The position numbers and the translations under genes were made by a program. From Eledone cirrhosa (lineage: Eukaryota), in the NCBI GenBank assembly GCA_964016885.1, contig OZ024756.1:30752001-30816000 (forward strand): a stretch of 64,000 nt of DNA. The letters run 5' to 3'. The notes below the pieces were generated by a model. That model was not told the origin of the DNA, made no database searches, and worked only from the letters and a program-made list of their open reading frames with translations. Shown here piece by piece: positions 55,227-64,000 of the stretch (position 1 is the stretch's first letter; every line of letters begins with the position of its first letter).

Positions 55227-56388
55227 TGGTTCAGCCGACCCTCGTAGCTAAATGCTGCTAACTGTGAGTGTGAATGTGTGTATATATGTGTCTTGTGTGT
55301 GTATGCTATGTGTGTTTTATGTGCATGTGTGCATGTGTGCATGTGTGCATGTGTGCATGTATGTAAATGGATATATGTATGCATGCTTGTATATGTGCCT
55401 GTTCCTATAAGTTTATGTACGTCATCTTTGTCTGAATGTGTATATGGTATGTATGTTTGTGTATGTATCTGTGTGTATGTAAGGAGGTATACATGAGTAG
55501 TCGAAGTGTAGATATATTTTGATAAGTATCCTGTTAAAGGTATGACTATATCAAATGACGTGTGAAAATGTCATTACAAATAATGTATGAGATAGTGCCA
55601 TACATACATATTACATATATATATATATAGATATATAGATATAGATATATAGGCCCGCGCTCCATGTAAAATTATATCTCTACAACAAATCATTTAGGAA
55701 ACAGCACTACCATTATATATATATATAAATATATATATATGTGTGTGTATACATGTATATATATATATCTAGATATATATATTAGTATATATAAATATAT
55801 ATGTGTGCGTATATATATATATATGTGTGTATGTATGTGTGTATGTATATATATATATATATATATTTGTATGTATGTATGTATATACATACACACATGT
55901 ACTTGTGTGTATGTTTGTGTGAGTGTTTGTGTATTCGTGAGTGTATGTACCTATCCATATTGGTTCATACAATTATCTACATTATATTATGTATCGGTGT
56001 ATAATACATATATTATAATATAACGTGTATACTTTGTAGAATAGGTATAATCTGTGTCGTGATATCACTTGCTTCATATCTTCGTTCTTTCACTACTAGA
56101 AACCAATTAACCCCCCCCCCCCCCCCATACACACACACACACCACCACCACCACCACCACCACCACCACCACCGCCACTACCCCCCCCCCCCTCCCACCT
56201 CGTTCTATGATTAATGCAAGCTACTTCTATCTAATTATGGTTTTTACTAGTTTGAAAGCCGGCATTAGATTTGAAACGAGGCAAACATTCAACGCTGTAA
56301 CACAATCCATATATATATTATTTGTATTATTACTGTTATTATTATTATTATTATTATTATCATTATTATTATTATTAGCAGTAGTAGC

Positions 56389-56443
<55 letters not shown>

Positions 56444-56486
56444 ATGACTTTTATACATAGGTGGAGACAAAATCATTACGTTTATA

Positions 56487-56530
<44 letters not shown>

Positions 56531-56612
56531 TATATATATGCATGTATATATATATATGTGTGTGTGTGTGTGTATCTGAGTGAGTGTGCATGCGTGCGTG
56601 CGTGTACATTTA

Positions 56613-56663
<51 letters not shown>

Positions 56664-56831
56664 ATGTATATATGTATAAGTAATTTCTTCATCACGTTAC
56701 CGACTAGATTTATTCTCTCCACACAATTTGAAACCTTTTAAAGCACTTACCAGAAATTTTCCAAATTATTAAGATGCGTTGTATATGGCTAATATATATG
56801 AGTAAGTAAATGAGTATATATACATACATAC

Positions 56832-56918
<87 letters not shown>

Positions 56919-56987
56919 CATAATATATATATATATATATGTGGTATATATGTGGTATATATGTGTATATATATATATATATATATG

Positions 56988-57046
<59 letters not shown>

Positions 57047-57369
57047 AATATATAGAGAGAGAAGGAGATAGAGGAAGAGAGACCGAGGTGTGTTTGTCAA
57101 GTGATAATACTTGAGAAATATAAGTCTCATCTTTGAAACATCTATCTTGAAAAAGACATTTCTTTTCCCTATTTAAGAAGCTATAGAAACTGTTATATTC
57201 ACTTTTACCCTTTATATCATAATGATATGTTTTCTATTTGTCACTGATTCTCTTTCCATACACAGCATTTCTATAATGAAAGTGAGAAGAGAAAGGACCC
57301 GATCGATCTGGCGAAAAAATACTAACCATGTCTTGACGACGCTGTTCTTTCCGCTGTCGAGTATAACCT

Positions 57370-57475
57370 GGGAGGCCAACACGTGGGACCCCATTTTCTC
57401 ACCATACGGAGAGATGGGGAGGGCGAGAGAGATGGAGGTGATGACAGTGGGAGTACGGCAGTTCTTTCATGTTTA
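57370..57475 (+). mobile_element. CRE-like element 3' fragment
   Basis: ggaggccaacacgtgggaccccatttt...gagatggaggtgatgacagtgggagt, as at 35060. Confidence 0.75.
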
Positions 57476-58561
57476 CTTAGGTTACTATTTTCTATTGTAT
57501 ATTTTTGTTTAACGCAATTAAACCATCTCCTTTGGTGGTATAGTCTAATTGTTAGAACTAAAAATGGCTATCAATTTTGATATCTTTCAAAAATAACTGC
57601 CATTCTAACACAATTTACCGTTTATAACCTGCTCTATGTTATTTATGAATGATCTCCCTATTTACATTTTGTGTCCATCTTGTTTGTGATATATTTGGCT
57701 ACTTACTTACTGGTCAGTGAGTTGGCCTACCTTGCTATTTATATCTCAGCAAGTTGTCTGCCTGGTCATTTGCAGTCCAATGTGCAATCTGCGTACCCTC
57801 TTCACTAAAAAATCTTACCCTATCCCTAGGCCCCAACACTGTAAAGAAGTCAGGTCAGTAAGCAGTGTAATCTCTGGATGCTGTCGTAGAGTGAAGGCGA
57901 AATTAGTACTTTACATTTAAGGTCAAATATATCTAAACTCACATAAAACATACATCTAAATACTGTTATATTTACACCTAGGTAGAGCGTAGCAAAGATG
58001 TTATCATTTTCCAAGTTTAGATCAGACAAAAGGAATATGTGTGTATGTGTGTCTTTTTGTGTGAATGTATGTATGTGCTTTATGTGTGGGTCTGTATGTA
58101 TGTGTGTGTGTATGTATGTGTGTGTTAAATCTCATGTTAAATAAATGTACAGCATAGTAGTAAAAAAGTATATATTTTTATATTTTCCACATCACACGTT
58201 TTGAATCGTATCGATCACATCCATGTGATTTACTAATTTTCCTTATGCCATGCCAACCACATGCTGACATGCCTGTATGCCTGCTTATCTCCCTTTTATC
58301 CATGCATCGATTCTCTCACTCTACCTTCAGTTGTTACGTTCCCAAGCATTATTATTCTCCATCATTCGCCAACTCGCCAACCATAATTTTTTTTTCGATT
58401 CATTCTTTTTCTCTATCTGAACTAAGTGAACATATCGTTAACAATAAATCTAGGTTATTCGCAACTGTCTCTCCCCTCCCTCTTTAATTTATCCTTAACT
58501 CTCTCTCTCACTCTCTCAAACCTTCTCTTTCTCACCCTTTAAATATATATATTTTTTTATA

Positions 58562-59100
<539 letters not shown>

Positions 59101-59319
59101 AGAGAGAGAGAGGATAACAATATATCGTTAAAGGTAATCCGATAAGAGGTTGTGAAAACTACTCATCATGGATAGTTTAAGCGTACGGTTCTGTATGACT
59201 CTGCAAGAGGTTTACGTGGATGACGAGTTTATGACTTCACTTGTATTCCTGTGTAAGTACATCTTGGAGTAATACAATTGAAAAAGTGAAGAATAACATG
59301 GTCAACAGTATAAAGAAAG

Positions 59320-59548
59320 ACATTTATTTACAGTCTAACAATTGATTCTATGATGGGAGTTGTCTAAAAAATGGTAAACACTGAAGTTAGTGGCACTCAA
59401 TTTAAAATACATTCAACCCCCATCATTTCGTCAGAGAAAGAAATGATGGAGGATGCATGTATTTTAAATTGAGTGCCACTAACTTCAGTGTTTAGCAATT
59501 TTTAGACAGCTCCATCATAGAAACAATTGTTAGACTGTAAATAAATTT
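59320..59548. repeat. Imperfect palindrome of about 230 bp (MITE-like)
   Basis: taaacactgaagttagtggcactcaatttaaaatacat is mirrored exactly; outer arms diverged. Confidence 0.85.
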
Positions 59549-59840
59549 CCTTATTTGTTAGATAAGTAATCCAATCATTTGACACTTTATGAACGAGAAG
59601 GTTATATATTTGAAAGCACTCCTTCGTCACACATTCTGTAACCTTTTCAATGTGCATCCTCTGCTTTTCGAGGTTGCTCCATACACACAAAGTTTTTCTC
59701 ATTGTCATTTGATCGGTGACAGTCTAATATCTGAGACTAACTCATAGTCTTCTGCATTCATAGACTTTTAAATCCACCACATCAACAATGGGTTTGGTAC
59801 TTCATGTACATACAACCACGCTAATGTATATATGTGACTG

Positions 59841-59946
<106 letters not shown>

Positions 59947-60533
59947 AAATAATGAATAAAACAAAGAAACAGTTCCTTATATTAAACAAAAAAAGTTCAT
60001 TATTTTACGATCGTTTCTAGAACATATATGTATTAGAATTGGCATGCATATTCAAAAGATCTATGTACAAAATTATACAAACTATTGTGTGAGTAATGTT
60101 ATATATCTATCTATATATATATGCCTGTGTGTGTGTGTGTGTATAATTACAATCTATACATATATACAAATATGAATATATAAATAAAAGCAAATATACA
60201 CCACGTAGTCTTTGTTTCATTAACACTACCTGGGGCGCTACACGTTATTTTAAAAACCATACAATGTTTTCTTGCTACACTATCTCTTATCATTGATCAG
60301 GAACGCACTGAATGAACTACAATCTCTATGTCATGTAAACCTACATATATTGGATTGCTCTAAATATTAAATAAACTTGGGGAGAGAGATTAAATGTCAT
60401 CTATTTGAAAGGGTTTTATCTTTTGCACACGTCATAGAGGTGTTATAATACTGTGGACAAATATTCGCAAAAAAACGCCTGCTTATCTATGTTTATATAG
60501 ATATGTATATATATATATTCTTTTATCTTTTAG

Positions 60534-60746
60534 CGATCGACTTTCGTCAAATCGGACCGAGGAAACAATGTCTCCGCTGGTCTTTCCAGTTGCTAATACT
60601 ATCTATCGGTCGCAACTCCAGGTAGAAGGAGCAACGTGAAATAAAGTGCCTTGCTCAAGGACATAACGCATCGCCCGGTCCAGGAATCGAACTCACAACC
60701 TCAAGATTGTGAATCCAATTCTCTAACCACTCAGCTACACGCCTTC
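60534..60746 (-). mobile_element. Family B SINE (CORE-like)
   Basis: Closely similar to 15726-15940. Confidence 0.85.
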
Positions 60747-60750
60747 ATAC

Positions 60751-60791
<41 letters not shown>

Positions 60792-60793
60792 TA

Positions 60794-60847
60794 TTCCTGA
60801 TGATTTCTCCCGAATGAAACAGTTCTATTCCTGTAGAAGCCATTTCT
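60794..60847 (+). ncRNA. Hammerhead-like motif, 5' truncated at (TA)n
   Basis: TTC-CTGATGA-tTTC-tccc-GAAt-GAAA-CAG-ttctattc-CTG-TA-GAA. Confidence 0.68.
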
Positions 60848-61027
60848 ATGTATATATATATAGAAGTGTATATGACGTGATATACATTATGTATGTTATG
60901 TATAATAAAGATTGTTTTATACATACTCATATATCTCTATATTTTGTGACTCAGTATAGTTATTGTAATGATAACATATACACTCACACGCGCACTCTCT
61001 CTCTCTCACACACATATATACATATAC

Positions 61028-61115
<88 letters not shown>

Positions 61116-61122
61116 TATATAC

Positions 61123-61174
<52 letters not shown>

Positions 61175-61239
61175 TCTATTATATGTAGGTAAGTATATAT
61201 ATATATATATATATATTTTACATATGCATATATATGTAT

Positions 61240-61312
<73 letters not shown>

Positions 61313-61838
61313 ATACTTTTATTATATTTTAAAATCATTATAGATGAATATTGAATTGTAGATAAGTTGTTGTACGATGAATAAAATAGAATATATGGAA
61401 GGTGGGAAACGACGAGGACGTTGACATCTTAGTACTAGCTTTCTTCTACCTATTTCATCTATTATCAAATCTATAGAGCAGCAATGTGTGGTTGATATCT
61501 TATTTCATTTTGTAAATATCATTTAAAATACAGCTAACAATTTATATAACAATGCAGAGAATAAAGATATAACAACAGTGACGTAAACTAAATTTACAAA
61601 ACTTTCCTTAATGATTTATCGGATCAAATACATATATTGAATCCACTTATCTCGCCATAATAGAATTTCGAGTATTTTAGCAATATTTTCCATTTGTGAA
61701 ATATGTATTTGAGTGTTTAACGGGGTTTATTTCTTTCACACACACACACACACACTCACTCACACACACATATACACACACATACACACACCCACACACA
61801 CAACACACACACACACGCGGACACACACACACACACGC

Positions 61839-61918
<80 letters not shown>

Positions 61919-61920
61919 TA

Positions 61921-62024
61921 ATGGTTTCTACAGGACTATAACTGTTTCATTTGTGGAAAAATCATCAGGAAAGCCCTGATGAATTCTCCCGAATGAAATA
62001 GTAATATTCCTGTAGAAGCCATTT
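61921..62024. ncRNA. Two back-to-back hammerhead-like cores on opposite strands
   Basis: Minus core tcatcag at 61962-61968. Plus core CTGATGA(61976-61982)-ATTC-tccc-GAAT-GAAA-TAG..CTG-TA-GAAGCC. Confidence 0.68.
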
Positions 62025-62156
62025 CTATATTAAATATTTATACTCTGCTATGTCTTGAGAACCTTACTCACTGTGGTTACCCCCGCTTAATCCTGGGATA
62101 AACATATGTATATATATATATATATATATGTGTGTGTATGTGTGTGTGTGTGTGTG

Positions 62157-62202
<46 letters not shown>

Positions 62203-62279
62203 TATATATATATATAAATTCGACAGTGTTCTAGGAAAAACTAGACACGATATGTTGAATTTCATCACTTCAATCTCTT

Positions 62280-62324
<45 letters not shown>

Positions 62325-62917
62325 ATAATAATAAAATTGAAGACTAAAATCCAAAGAGTGCTCGATAAGGAAAATATATATCAAATATATAAGAACCGCA
62401 GAGCAAATATTTATTAAAATAACAGATTAAAGTTTAAGGAAAGAATCGCTGCTTTCACCCTTAACGGGATCTTCTGAAAGCTTAAACTTTAATATGTTAT
62501 TTTAATAAATATATATATATATATATATGGGTGTGGGTGACTGTGTGGGTGTATGTGGGTGTGTGGGTGTGGGTGTATGTGTGTGTGTGTGAGTGGGTGT
62601 AGATACTACAGGTTGGGAGTCTTATTAAAACCTCTAAATTAATGCTTTGTTGTATTTATTCTGATCTTCCGCTTCTTTCTACGCTTGGTTTATATCCAGT
62701 TGGGATTAACGTTGCCTTTCACACATTTTGAGATCAATATATACATTGCCGTCTCAATACAGAGGCCGATTCCGATCGGCTATATGTATTTCTCTGATGC
62801 ATCCCAATCTGTGACAGATTAAGCTCAACATGTTTAAGAAAGAAAATAATGCGTTATCATAGCTGTTCAGTGACTGAAACTTTGAATCTTAGGCTTGTAA
62901 ATGTTTTGTTTGTTTAG

Positions 62918-62973
<56 letters not shown>

Positions 62974-63023
62974 AAAATAAAGTTAAATAAAAGTCAAATG
63001 ATTAAAATTTAGCTTCGTTTATT

Positions 63024-63078
63024 ACTGCTATATATATTTCAGTGACAGCCATCTTTGGCTGTGACCTCTTCAGGCAGT
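63024..63078 (-). ncRNA. Type I minimal hammerhead ribozyme
   Basis: Minus strand ACTGC-CTGAAGA-GGTcACAGCCA-aaga-TGGCTGTcACT-GAAA-TATATA-TA-GCAGT. Confidence 0.82.
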
Positions 63079-63191
63079 TTGAATTAGTATGGTATAGACA
63101 AGCACATATGTTGTTTAGGTGTATAATATTGTCAATACTCTGATATGTCCAGTTCCTTGTTAGGTTGTTAATTCACTGAGGAACTGGAGTC

Positions 63192-63273
<82 letters not shown>

Positions 63274-63593
63274 TGTATATATTATATGGAATGAAGTTAT
63301 TCAATTATTTATAAATGAACTTATTTACTCAGAAATGTATTCATTTATTGAATTACGTATGTATTCGTTTATTTATTTATCTATTTATTTATATACCTGT
63401 TTAGCCATCTATCCTTCTTTTTTATTTCATATCGCCATAGTAACATTTATTTCACGAACCCGAACATTGCGGAAAAATTAAACATCGTTGACAATCACAC
63501 AAAGAAACGCACACACATATACCCACATGGATACACATATACGCATACATACAAAGATACACACACACACGGACACACATAGCCCCCCCCCCA

Positions 63594-63654
<61 letters not shown>

Positions 63655-63835
63655 AATATATTTATATATATTTTTGTATAGGTATATATATAAATATATA
63701 AATATATATAAGTATATATTTATACGTATTTATATAAGTATATGCGTATGTGTGTGCATATATTTTATCCAAAGACATGCTTTCCGCCCCCCACCCACCA
63801 CCCACACTTCTGTCTGCCCCTCAATCTCTCTCCCC

Positions 63836-63920
<85 letters not shown>

Positions 63921-64000
63921 CATCTCTCTCATTCTCTCTGTGCTACATTCCTAATTAGTGCTATGACTTGTTACATTCACAGAAATTTAACAGAAATCTA

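Noticed and set aside
62405-62512. Minus-strand CAGAAGA-tccc-gttaa-gggt-GAAA inside a 30-bp inverted repeat (related fragment at 20445-20535)
   Set aside because: The core is mutated and there is no valid stem III, cleavage triplet or proximal stem I. It may be a decayed HHR but is not supportable.

Overview
AT-rich, microsatellite-saturated animal DNA, intergenic or intronic. A cephalopod (Octopus-like) source is inferred from the SINE types and (TA)n/(CA)n/(GA)n density, not proven. No host exon is recognisable, and nearly all listed ORFs are microsatellite artefacts. The main element is a young Penelope-like retroelement (PLE, probably Naiad-type) at about 28557-33212. It has a 5'-truncated but uninterrupted RT + Cys-motif + GIY-YIG ORF, a 1719-bp near-perfect inverted copy of its 3' part, and a minimal type I hammerhead ribozyme (HHR) in the terminal repeat. 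Related 3' ends lie at 1-913 and 23148-23470. Reading both strands by eye also shows about 16 HHR or HHR-derived motifs from about 10 unrelated small families. Most sit in short, often fold-back inserts in or beside (TA)n tracts, which suggests a set of non-autonomous ribozyme-bearing PLE derivatives. Also present: an internally deleted mariner, CRE, R4/Dong, Tx1/L1 and RTE LINE fragments, two tRNA-derived SINE families, hAT and piggyBac-like MITEs, minisatellites and a 200-N gap. All structures were paired manually; no folding or database search was run.
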